The position numbers and the translations under genes are program-made. From NCBI GenBank assembly GCA_965215195.1, contig CBDCDC010000001.1, positions 576,001 to 640,000 of the forward strand: a stretch of 64,000 nucleotides of DNA. Reading direction: 5' to 3'. This DNA is from Candidatus Latescibacterota bacterium (GTDB lineage Bacteria > Latescibacterota > UBA2968 > UBA8231). Shown here one piece after another: positions 38,661 to 47,068 of the stretch; position 1 is the stretch's first letter; the number at the start of each line of letters is the position of its first letter. The notes below the pieces were generated by a model. It did not search any database, was not told where the DNA came from, and saw nothing but the letters and a program-made list of their open reading frames with translations.

Positions 38661-40375
38661 GCCTGACCAACCTTTCGGAGCCGGGCGATATCGGCGTCGA
38701 TGCGCGACACCTTGTCGGTGCGATCTTTGAGATCGTCTCGCCGCTCTTCTTCAAGCTGAGACAGCGTACTCTGTACTTCTTCAAGCTCGTGCTCTAGAGG
38801 TTGAAATAGTTCAGACTCAAAGTATGCCTCGATATTCCGCATCGCTTGCGTCGAAAATTCCTGGCGGATACGAGCCATTGGCTCGGCGAGGCGCTTGTTT
38901 TTCCACCACTCCCCCACAAAGTCGCTGGCGATGTTGGCCGGATTAATCTCATGCAAGGTGGTAAGAATCCTTCTTCCTACGCTCTTGAGCCCTTCGGAGG
39001 TTGCGACTTTTACCGCTGTTTCGGTCCCTGCCTTGGCCGCCGTTTTGGCGGCGGCGGCCCGCAATGCCGCACCGCCGGTCGCCTCCCCGGCCGTGGCAGC
39101 CAAACCAGCAGCGGGACTTATCGCGGTAAACAGGGCTGCCGTAGCCAAGGTGGCTCCCAAGCTCACAATTTTGTCAGTGTCTTTCAGTAAGGTCTCGATC
39201 TCCGTCATGTCAATCCCTGCGTCATGGAGATCCAGTTGTTGTCCCAGCTTAGCAAAGTGATTTCTAACCGTTGTTGCGAGTGCAGCGGTGAACTCGCCAC
39301 TGACCTGTTCTATGGCGAGATCGTCCGACGTAGCGGCGAAGCGCACCTGATATTGGTCGCATATTGCCCGCGCTTCCCGGCTAAGATCGTTGCGCACCTG
39401 ATCGAGACGTTGCTGGTGCTGATGTAGCTCTCGGTCCAGTCTCTTGCGTTGCTCATCCACATTTTTCTTACGCAACGCAAAATCTTCTTTCGACTCTAGC
39501 AAGCCACCGCGCATCTGCTCAAGCAGTGATATGGTACGCGGCACCAAGCGCACACTAGCCCGGTGTTGTCGTTCGGCCATAAGGGACGCCTTGCGACCTT
39601 CAAACACCTCTTGGATGGCGGTGCGTAAAGCACTGACGTCACGCACGGCCGCCTCTGGGCCAGCCCTGACGACCACAATGCGGCCCTCAGCTTCTGATTT
39701 CGCGCAGCCGATAGTCTGTGCCAGCGTGTCGGTAGTCTTCTCGGCTACCGTCGTATGCTCATGATCTGGAAGTTGGTCGGCAAATGTGAGCGCAATGAGA
39801 AAGCGATGCTGTAGGTGGCGGACGCCGGGAGAAGTGAGAAAGTCGGTGACGGTACTCGTCAAGCCGCCCTTGCGAATATCCATACAAATCACAGCGGCAT
39901 CTACGAAGGGGAGCTCGCCCAATGTGATTTCCGTGTGTTCCTCAATGAGGGTCGATAGTCCCGGCGTGTCGAGGAATACGAATCCTGCTGGAAACCCGGG
40001 ACGGGACGGTAGGCGGACGAGCGGACGTCCCGGCGTGTGCCCGCGGGCGAGATCATCGAAATCGGGGCGGTTGATTGCCGTCTGCGCACCCTCGTCGTCC
40101 ACGCGAAAATAGGCCGGCTCTTCAAGAGAAGGCACTGAAACCACCTGTCCGGCCCGCGCTGTACAGGGCTCAACCTGCGCGGGCATGAGATCTTCCATGC
40201 CTACCAACTCATTGATCAGCGTACTTTTACCACTGCTGAAGTCCCCCAGAAAGCCTATCTGCACCGCGTCATCGCTCGTAAGGCTCTGGATATCGTCGGC
40301 CAATATGTCCAAGTCCCACCGCGAGGCTACCTCGCGCAGTGTCTCCAATGCCGTTGAGCCACGTTGTTCTGTCAT
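38657..40375 (-). CDS. Bacterial dynamin-like GTPase (first) with hydrophobic paddle-like segment
   Basis: G1 GDFSSGKST, PCTA, DTPG, TFAD; Ala-rich hydrophobic segment; RBS AGGAG upstream of MTEQRG. Confidence 0.9.
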   Translation of the reverse strand: MTEQRGSTALETLREVASRWDLDILADDIQSLTSDDAVQIGFLGDFSSGKSTLINELVGMEDLMPAQVEPCTARAGQVVSVPSLEEPAYFRVDDEGAQTAINRPDFDDLARGHTPGRPLVRLPSRPGFPAGFVFLDTPGLSTLIEEHTEITLGELPFVDAAVICMDIRKGGLTSTVTDFLTSPGVRHLQHRFLIALTFADQLPDHEHTTVAEKTTDTLAQTIGCAKSEAEGRIVVVRAGPEAAVRDVSALRTAIQEVFEGRKASLMAERQHRASVRLVPRTISLLEQMRGGLLESKEDFALRKKNVDEQRKRLDRELHQHQQRLDQVRNDLSREARAICDQYQVRFAATSDDLAIEQVSGEFTAALATTVRNHFAKLGQQLDLHDAGIDMTEIETLLKDTDKIVSLGATLATAALFTAISPAAGLAATAGEATGGAALRAAAAKTAAKAGTETAVKVATSEGLKSVGRRILTTLHEINPANIASDFVGEWWKNKRLAEPMARIRQEFSTQAMRNIEAYFESELFQPLEHELEEVQSTLSQLEEERRDDLKDRTDKVSRIDADIARLRKVGQA

Positions 40376-40424
40376 CGTATTCCGTATTCTCCTGTTTGAT
40401 CCACCAATGGGCATAAGAATGCAG

Positions 40425-40503
40425 CGACCCAGCAGGGTGCCGGGCCATGTAGCCATCTCACAGGTTTTTCGGAGAAGTTCTGCCTATTCGCCGGGCTTCA
40501 GGG
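40425..40503. repeat. ~80-bp dispersed repeat, copy 1 (upstream of the dynamin operon)
   Basis: CGACCC.GCAGGGTGCCGGGCCA...ATCTCACAGGTTTTT...AGTTCTGCCTATTCGCCGGGCTTCAGGG shared with 45000-45079. Confidence 0.9.
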
Positions 40504-40619
40504 AATGGGCTTTCTCTCGCGGACAGAAAACACCTTGTGCGTTTCCCGTTCAAAACCCGCAAAGTGGTCTATAATAAGTTTTAAGAGCGTTTCTAAAGCT
40601 CAGAACAAGTCTTAATCTA

Positions 40620-40817
40620 CTAGGAAAAGACTGCAATCAACAAGACAAACAATACGAGGATGATTACAGACGCTATGGTTATACAACCCACTGCTTGGTT
40701 GATTCCTTTTGCACTCTCCTCGACGAATCCTTTAGCCTCTCTTTTTCCTCGAAAAATTCGCAGGTACACCGCTCGAATCCCTACGATAAGGACTACAAAG
40801 AGCAAGACTTCCACCAT
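40620..40817 (-). CDS. Small two-TM membrane protein
   Basis: 65 aa, two hydrophobic helices, RBS GAGG. Confidence 0.6.
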   Translation of the reverse strand: MVEVLLFVVLIVGIRAVYLRIFRGKREAKGFVEESAKGINQAVGCITIASVIILVLFVLLIAVFS

Positions 40818-40867
40818 AGCTATACCTCTCTGGTTTTTTGGCCCTGATTGAGGCGTAAAGTCAGTTA

Positions 40868-41695
40868 TTAAAACACTTCGCCCACCATCAGCTTATAGAA
40901 CCGAGATTCCACGGCTCGCAAACGATCCTGATAGAGCTTTTTATCCGTTGGGCCAGTTGAATCAAAAACTCGCACGAAAAATCGGCATTTTTTCGATTTA
41001 GACCACTCAAACAATTCAGATGTTGCAGAGAGAAAAGACTGTTCCGGTATATCTTGATCCAAGACGATATTTTGAATGGGTAGCATCTGCCGTTCATCCG
41101 CTCGATGCGGTAGATTGGTTGCCCGGACGATCAGACCAGTGGGTGTTAGATTCACATCGTATATGTACTCAATAGTTCCATCGTCGAGCGTCCAGCAGGA
41201 CGGAACTTCGGTGCCTTTGCCTGCTGAGTATTCCCGCACCAACTCCAACAGCTTCTCTACATTCCTCTCGCCATCCGGTAGAAGCTCCCGAACGGTTGAG
41301 TACTCACGTCCCAATTCTAGCGTATTTACTATGGTTTCCGGTTCTGACAAGAATCCGGCCGCTTCTGCAGTACTCTGAAGCCTTGTAAGCTGTTGCTTGG
41401 CATCGCGGAGAAGTACTAGTTCCCGCTGCAATTCCTCGATATTCTTATCACCACTGGGCAATATCTCTTGAATAGCAGAAAACTGCTCCTCAAGTTGCTC
41501 CTCAAGTAGGGTGATTGTTTCTTGGCGTTCCTCTGCTACTCGCTCGGCTTCCTTCTGCTTGTCTTGTTGGCGCACCAACAAGGCGGCAAAGGCGAGCAGC
41601 AGAACGAAGATGATAAGAATGGCGATCTCAGCCATGGTGAGGCCGAGGATGAGACCTTGCCGATAGGCAGAGGTCTGCTTTTCAAGATTTGCCAT
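40868..41695 (-). CDS. ExbD/TolR/MotB-like single-pass protein with coiled-coil stalk
   Basis: N-terminal TM LTMAEIAILIIFVLLLAF with an intramembrane acidic residue; coiled coil; C-terminal alpha/beta domain with two Cys. Confidence 0.6.
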   Translation of the reverse strand: MANLEKQTSAYRQGLILGLTMAEIAILIIFVLLLAFAALLVRQQDKQKEAERVAEERQETITLLEEQLEEQFSAIQEILPSGDKNIEELQRELVLLRDAKQQLTRLQSTAEAAGFLSEPETIVNTLELGREYSTVRELLPDGERNVEKLLELVREYSAGKGTEVPSCWTLDDGTIEYIYDVNLTPTGLIVRATNLPHRADERQMLPIQNIVLDQDIPEQSFLSATSELFEWSKSKKCRFFVRVFDSTGPTDKKLYQDRLRAVESRFYKLMVGEVF

Positions 41696-42713
41696 CTTGA
41701 CGGGCTAGCCATGCTCCAAAACGGGCTAGCCATGCCCTAAAATGCGAGGAACTAGCGTGTAGTTCTTGTTTGTTCATGCTTGTCTCTGGGGATAGTATTT
41801 CTTTTGGAATCTGCACATTGTTGAGTCGGTTGGCGAGATTTTCTCCGGCCTTGCTGATTTGTTCAGCTCCGATTTCAAGGCTCTGTATGGAGGGACGTAG
41901 AAGTTGTTCAAGGAGGTCTTCGGGCACTTGCAAGTGGTTGATTTTATCAACGAGGTCGCTCGCGGCCACTGACTCCGAAACGGCTTGTATCGCACCTACG
42001 CTAGCAGACACTGCGTCCGAACTGGCTTTTAATGCACTGTCGAGATTCGACACTTGTGCGTTGAGATCGGATACGGTATTGACGAAACTATCGAGGTTGA
42101 CCTGCAACTGCTCGCGACTTTCTTCAACGGTTTTGGTGAAGTGAGTAACTGATGCCTCGAACTGAGAAATAGCTTTCTCTTGTCTGTCGCGGCTCTCTCT
42201 GAGAATTTGCGCTAGCTCTGTTCTAAAGTTTGAAAACTCTCCTAATTCACCCTTGAGTGTAGATATTCTCTCTCTGAGATCGGATACCGCATTGCCGAGA
42301 TCGGATACCGCATTGCCGAAATTGGATACCTTTTCTTTTTGGGCTTCGCCTTCTTCGGATTGGTTAAAAAAGACCCGGAAAAAGATGCCAAATATCGTCG
42401 AAGCGATAGAGATGCCGAAGTTCGTAATGATCTGGGTAATTTTTCCGATAGATTCGTCAATGAGGGAAAATTCAAAAAGCGATACCCCCAAGCTGACGAG
42501 GGTATATAAAAATCCAAGGTAATAGAGGTTATCGCCAGCTTTACCGCGCAGGGATTGCGGCTTGCTGCCATACGTTACTGCATAGACCAACATAATCGCA
42601 ACAGGAAAGGCGGTTACGAAAAACTGATTCACATGGTGTTGCTTGAGAATTATGATCCCCACTGCTCCTATCAAGAAGCAGAAAAAAAGAAATGTTGGAC
42701 TTAGTTTATTCAT
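41682..42713 (-). CDS. MotA/TolQ/ExbB/ZorA-like membrane protein with long coiled-coil tail
   Basis: YYLGFLYTLVSLGVSL...FGISIASTIFGIFFRV matches the proton-channel TM hairpin pattern; heptad-rich C-terminus. Confidence 0.65.
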   Translation of the reverse strand: MNKLSPTFLFFCFLIGAVGIIILKQHHVNQFFVTAFPVAIMLVYAVTYGSKPQSLRGKAGDNLYYLGFLYTLVSLGVSLFEFSLIDESIGKITQIITNFGISIASTIFGIFFRVFFNQSEEGEAQKEKVSNFGNAVSDLGNAVSDLRERISTLKGELGEFSNFRTELAQILRESRDRQEKAISQFEASVTHFTKTVEESREQLQVNLDSFVNTVSDLNAQVSNLDSALKASSDAVSASVGAIQAVSESVAASDLVDKINHLQVPEDLLEQLLRPSIQSLEIGAEQISKAGENLANRLNNVQIPKEILSPETSMNKQELHASSSHFRAWLARFGAWLARQDGKS

Positions 42714-43507
42714 CAGTCATTCATCCCGGAGGTTCTAAGTACGCGTACTACTTGGCCTCCGTGCTGCGAGAGCCAAGACTGGAAGAATTTCAAGAGGGGG
42801 CCGCCATCTCCCTGCTGCCATTGCCGTCTCTGAACGAGCCATAGCTCTATATCGACGCCGCGCAGATCAGGGTTTAGACCGCGAGATTCATGGGTGTGCT
42901 GGAAGCGGCTGAAATCGGGCGGCTCTCGATAGAACGAACATGCGTCGCTGTTTTGTAGAAGGTCTGAAATAATGATGAGACGCCGCGGGACATTGCGACG
43001 TTTGGTATCTTGAAAATGCGTTAGAGAAACCGACTGCACGGACTCCATAATTGGCGACGATGGTGCTTCCTTTTCGTCGAGCAGGGTTTGCAGCACTTCT
43101 TCCAGAGGCTGCCGGAACTTCTGCTGCCAGTTTCGACGAACTATTGCTTGGGATTGGATTAGCGGATCGACGTTTTCTGGATCGCCGGGATTGCAAACCT
43201 TAATGATCGGCTCAAGGCCATGTTCGTGCGTGGATTCCACCGTAAAAAGACTGATTTCGTGATTTTCTTTGACCGTACCTAACAGGTTCTGGATCTGAAC
43301 CTTCAGATCGTCCTTGGTCTGAGCACCAAAGGAATCGGTGCGATCGAGTAGAAAGGCCGTAATCGAATATGGCCCTTCGGTTCTGCAAAGGGTTACGGGA
43401 TCGCGGATGATAGGCTCGGGTTTTAATAATACAAGAGCAACCACAGCCCCTACACCTAGGACGATCATCCCCCCACCTGCGATGTAGTATAGTAGCTTTA
43501 ACGACAT
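42713..43507 (-). CDS. Membrane-anchored vWA-domain protein
   Basis: N-terminal TM; MIDAS-like FLLDRTDS, SPIMES, LIIISDLLQN. Confidence 0.72.
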   Translation of the reverse strand: MSLKLLYYIAGGGMIVLGVGAVVALVLLKPEPIIRDPVTLCRTEGPYSITAFLLDRTDSFGAQTKDDLKVQIQNLLGTVKENHEISLFTVESTHEHGLEPIIKVCNPGDPENVDPLIQSQAIVRRNWQQKFRQPLEEVLQTLLDEKEAPSSPIMESVQSVSLTHFQDTKRRNVPRRLIIISDLLQNSDACSFYREPPDFSRFQHTHESRGLNPDLRGVDIELWLVQRRQWQQGDGGPLLKFFQSWLSQHGGQVVRVLRTSGMND

Positions 43508-43552
43508 GCCAGTTCTTTCCGCTTGTTTTTTGTCTCGGAGTTGGTAACTGGG

Positions 43553-44938
43553 CTATTCAGTTGGCGTTGGTAGGCGGTGCGGGGCCAATCTCCGCAAATC
43601 CCTACGGAGAACATCGTACTCTTTTTGCAACTCCTGTTCGCCGTTATTAACGTCTGTTGTCGCCTTAGAAATGATCTCTAAAATTTCTTCGCGTTTCAGC
43701 AATTCCTCCGGCAAGGTATCGTCTATTGGCGATAGTTCTTCCATTTCCCACTTATCATTGAAGCGAGCAGGTGCTTCTCCTCCTCGTCTCGCACGGTTGA
43801 CCTCTCGGTAGCGCTTGAGCAAATCGTTTCCTGCCCGCTCCAAGTGGTTGAGGTAATCCTCATACGATTTGATAACGTGCCTATGTCCGTCTAAGATAGA
43901 AGCGCGTTCCCTTTCCGAGCCCAAGAGTCCTTGCTTGATGCTATTTAGCTTTCCGACGGCTTCATTAAATATCGCTTTTAGTTCTTTTTCGTGATTGTCA
44001 TAAGCATCTTTGTATTTTTTATATTCACCATCTTTACCATGATAGCGAAAGAACACCTTGCTATAACCGGGGTAGGGATCGCCAGCCCATTTTATGCCAT
44101 CGATAAAGCTAATGATTGCAAACAGGAAACCCATGCAGAACAGCATCCACGACTGGAAGTCCCTTAGCCCCAATGGATTCTCGCGAAAAGCGGACATGGC
44201 GAGCTGCCCGCCTTCGTCGAGCATGGTCCCCGTTATTTCTCGATAGTGTGCAACCATTAGGTTAAAGAAGAATGCAAAGAGTATAAATGCAGTTGCAGCG
44301 AGGATGCCCGCAGACTTTCTACTCCACTCAACATGGTAACAGTTGGTAATGATCCGCCCGAGTAAGAAAGCGATGCCGAGATTGGCAAACGAAATAACAA
44401 CAGCCTCAGTATAGGCACCGAATAGGCCCAGTTCGTTGCCCTTTGCCAGAAAGGATGCGTTGCCCAAGGTCTCAATGAGAAAGAGCACGGCGATAATACC
44501 TGCAAGAAATATATTGTATCCATCGCCGTGCTTACTCGCCTCGCGACTCAGGTTATTCCTGTTCTGAAAATTAGTCAAGCGATCTTCTGCTTTTTTTAGC
44601 GGACTTTGCTTTGCTCGCAAATCCGTAGCAGCACTTTCAGCCTTCTCCTTGAGCTTTGCTTTACCATGGCGAACTTCGCCACCAATAGAGTGCTTGCGGA
44701 ATTCCGGGTCGAGGTCGATAAGACGCTTGCGGTATGAAGCTAATTCTTCATCGGCTCTATCCTTTACGTTTGACTGATATTCTTCGATCCGCCCGACAAT
44801 CTCGGTTTCGGTGTTATCGAGGTCTGTACTGTCTAGCGAAGGCAATCCTTGTTTCGCTGCTTCTTCAGCTTCTTCTACTATATGCACATTCTCTACTATC
44901 TTATCTATCTCGATTTTCTTAAACAGGTCAGTTGACAT
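43553..44938 (-). CDS. Hypothetical multi-pass (about 4 TM) membrane protein flanked by long coiled coils
   Basis: Central hydrophobic helices, DPYPGY motif, charged helical N- and C-termini. Confidence 0.8.
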   Translation of the reverse strand: MSTDLFKKIEIDKIVENVHIVEEAEEAAKQGLPSLDSTDLDNTETEIVGRIEEYQSNVKDRADEELASYRKRLIDLDPEFRKHSIGGEVRHGKAKLKEKAESAATDLRAKQSPLKKAEDRLTNFQNRNNLSREASKHGDGYNIFLAGIIAVLFLIETLGNASFLAKGNELGLFGAYTEAVVISFANLGIAFLLGRIITNCYHVEWSRKSAGILAATAFILFAFFFNLMVAHYREITGTMLDEGGQLAMSAFRENPLGLRDFQSWMLFCMGFLFAIISFIDGIKWAGDPYPGYSKVFFRYHGKDGEYKKYKDAYDNHEKELKAIFNEAVGKLNSIKQGLLGSERERASILDGHRHVIKSYEDYLNHLERAGNDLLKRYREVNRARRGGEAPARFNDKWEMEELSPIDDTLPEELLKREEILEIISKATTDVNNGEQELQKEYDVLRRDLRRLAPHRLPTPTE

Positions 44939-44999
44939 CGCATGGTCCTCCGCATGGGTTTACTTAACTACCTAGTAGCGTCGTACATTAAAGATGAGA

Positions 45000-45079
45000 C
45001 GACCCCGCAGGGTGCCGGGCCAAGTGTATATCTCACAGGTTTTTTTAGAACAGTTCTGCCTATTCGCCGGGCTTCAGGG
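45000..45079. repeat. ~80-bp dispersed repeat, copy 2 (upstream of the vWA/stator-like operon)
   Basis: Near-identical to 40425-40503, same orientation, similar distance from the operon's first ATG. Confidence 0.9.
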
Positions 45080-45125
45080 CGTGTGCAGGAATGGGTGAAA
45101 GCGAATCCACGATATATTTTCCGGG

Positions 45126-45698
45126 CTACCAACCGCAGTAGTGCAGGACCTTACCAGCCAGTTCCGTAACCCCTTTCAAGGGCACCTCGGCCATCACAAA
45201 GTCGCCATCCCACTTCGACATAACGCTGATGATCATACGGTCATAGAGCAAAAAGGGGGCGATCATGTCAGAATGAAGGCCCAAGAGGGTAGCCTTAGGT
45301 ATAGTCCACTGTTGGGACCCCTCCGTTTCGTACATACGACGCTCCTGTTGCCCCGTCTTGGGAAAGCCAATCACGACCGGGTAGTAGTCTAGTGGGCCAA
45401 CACGGCGTCTATTGGTTGAAAACTGGGGTGCCTTGTCAAAATCCAAAGACAGGGCGAGGCTTGTTGTCGGGTGGTCAGGATTGCAAGACAACATCACGGT
45501 CATCCGAGTCTTTATCCGATTCTTTAGCCAGTCTTCATGCTCTATGATGCGGACCGGGATGCCTTTTATCTGGACAACATAGTATTCGTTGTCTGTTTGG
45601 TCATCTCGGCCATGGGCTAAGTGCCAACCCGTCTGCGCAAGGGCCTCGGTGGGGCAGACGCCAAGCACAACGAGGACGATAATGCGTCCGTAGGACAT
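45126..45698 (-). CDS. Hypothetical secreted protein
   Basis: Signal peptide ending EALA-Q; beta-rich mature part ending CGW. Confidence 0.65.
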   Translation of the reverse strand: MSYGRIIVLVVLGVCPTEALAQTGWHLAHGRDDQTDNEYYVVQIKGIPVRIIEHEDWLKNRIKTRMTVMLSCNPDHPTTSLALSLDFDKAPQFSTNRRRVGPLDYYPVVIGFPKTGQQERRMYETEGSQQWTIPKATLLGLHSDMIAPFLLYDRMIISVMSKWDGDFVMAEVPLKGVTELAGKVLHYCGW

Positions 45699-45793
45699 AG
45701 AGCCCCCTAAATTGGATGGGTGCTGGATATATTAAGACGGTGATGGAGCGGAAAACGCATCGACACTACCGCCTTCGGCTCCCGAGGGAGCCG

Positions 45794-45936
45794 GGCAGTG
45801 TCAAACTCGCGCAAGTTTTTGTGCGGGAATCCCTGCGTATTTACCCAAGAGTTGGGAGCTACCCAACCGCTCTTGAAACAGGCTATTGTATTCGGCAGGC
45901 CACCCGACAGGACGGTAGCACGAGTTTGACAGTCCC
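45794..45936. mobile_element. MITE-like element with 19-bp imperfect terminal inverted repeats
   Basis: GGCAGTGTCAAACTCGCGC ... GCACGAGTTTGACAGTCCC (16/19 match); no TSD seen. Confidence 0.5.
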
Positions 45937-45989
45937 AAGAAAATAGAGCAGGAAAAGATGGGATGCAAATTCTTTTTTTAGAACGCATA

Positions 45990-46071
45990 CTAAGTACACG
46001 ACAGTAGGACCTTGCCCTCGATCCCGGACTCATCGCCCATCAACGACAAGTTATTGGTGTCGTGTAGTTAG
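45990..46071. mobile_element. 82-bp MITE-like element with 14-bp TIR and 8-bp TSD-like flanks
   Basis: CTAAGTACACGACA ... TGTCGTGTAGTTAG (13/14 match), flanked by AACGCATA / AACGCATG. Confidence 0.65.
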
Positions 46072-46173
46072 AACGCATGAATAGAGTGCCCCAGCCTACG
46101 CGCTTGGTGCTCTATTCAACAAACCCTTGAAGAAATTTCAAAACGTACCGCTACCAAAAAATCGCCTGCCGAC

Positions 46174-46268
46174 GGACGCGGCCCTACGGGCAGGCCGACA
46201 AAATCGTGCTGCTATTGGGGATAGAGTGGATACCCAAGACGCGCTATTAGGGTGCGCGAAGGGGGCGG
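46174..46268 (+). repeat. Second copy of the manC-like fragment; right boundary direct repeat of the island
   Basis: GGACGCGGCCCTACGGGC..CGACAAAATCGTGCTGCTATTGGGG..GTGGATACCCAAGACGCGCTATTAG.GTGCGCGAAGGGGGCGG matches 33840-34153 minus the IS remnant. Confidence 0.9.
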
Positions 46269-46292
46269 TGCAGCAGGTGAAAGACGCGGGGT

Positions 46293-47051
46293 TCACTCCA
46301 CGTCGAGGATGTAGCGCGCTAGCGGCGAGAGCCGCTGGGCAGTTGCCGGCCGCAAGTACTCGCGCTGGTTGGTCTGCTGCGGGTGCTCGCGGGCGATAAA
46401 GGCGCAGTGCAGGGTGCGGCGCGGGCTGCTGCTGAGGTTGCGATACGAGCTGTGCCAAAGGCTGCCGTTGAACACGGCGACCGAACCAGCGCGGCCCGTT
46501 AGCTGCACTTGCTCGGGGTAATCGGCCAAGCGGTCGTCCATGTAGTCGGCTACCCTGCCGGGTTTGCGGTGGCTGCCGGGGACGCAGCGGGTTGCGCCGT
46601 TGGCTGCGGTGAAATCGTCGAGCATCCACATGGAGTTGACGACGTGGTACGGCCCGCCGGGCGCAGTGGGCTGCCCCCAATCCGCGTGCAGGATCTGTAA
46701 ACCGCTGCCGGGCAGTGGATCGTGCCCGTTGAGCGAGTGCAGCTTAAACGGCCGCTGCAAGACGTGGAAGACCGCCGTCAGTAGTGCTGGCTGCAGGTAC
46801 ACAGCGTCGAAAACGTTCCCCTTGTTGACCAAATCGGCGAGGCGGCGCACGCCGTCCATCTGAGCTACCTCAGCGCCGGCTTGGTCGCCCTCGCGGGCAA
46901 AAATCGCGTCAAAAGCATGGCGCAACTCGGCCAGCCAGTCGGGCGCGATGACTTCTTCCAAGATGATAAAGCCGTTGGTGTCCAACTCGTTGTATTGCGC
47001 GAGCGTCAGCGACTGGGGGACGAATCCCCGTTGCAACAATTCAATGTCCAA
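46293..47051 (-). CDS. Phytanoyl-CoA dioxygenase (PhyH) family protein
   Basis: QILHADW (HxD), NGATRCVPGSH, LWHSS. Confidence 0.9.
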   Translation of the reverse strand: MDIELLQRGFVPQSLTLAQYNELDTNGFIILEEVIAPDWLAELRHAFDAIFAREGDQAGAEVAQMDGVRRLADLVNKGNVFDAVYLQPALLTAVFHVLQRPFKLHSLNGHDPLPGSGLQILHADWGQPTAPGGPYHVVNSMWMLDDFTAANGATRCVPGSHRKPGRVADYMDDRLADYPEQVQLTGRAGSVAVFNGSLWHSSYRNLSSSPRRTLHCAFIAREHPQQTNQREYLRPATAQRLSPLARYILDVE

Positions 47052-47068
47052 AACGGAATTTCCCTCGC

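Noticed and set aside
40868-42713. Calling the pair canonical Zorya zorA/zorB or flagellar motA/motB
   Set aside because: No OmpA-like domain in the B subunit, Glu instead of Asp, and no zorC/D/E or flagellar genes nearby
45707-46033. Short ORFs 45707-46033 (-) and 45716-45946 (+)
   Set aside because: No recognisable motifs or good RBS; they overlie inverted-repeat elements
45990-46071. Integron attC site
   Set aside because: The left end reads CTAAG rather than the conserved TAAC, no integron integrase is in the window, and TSD-like flanks fit a MITE better
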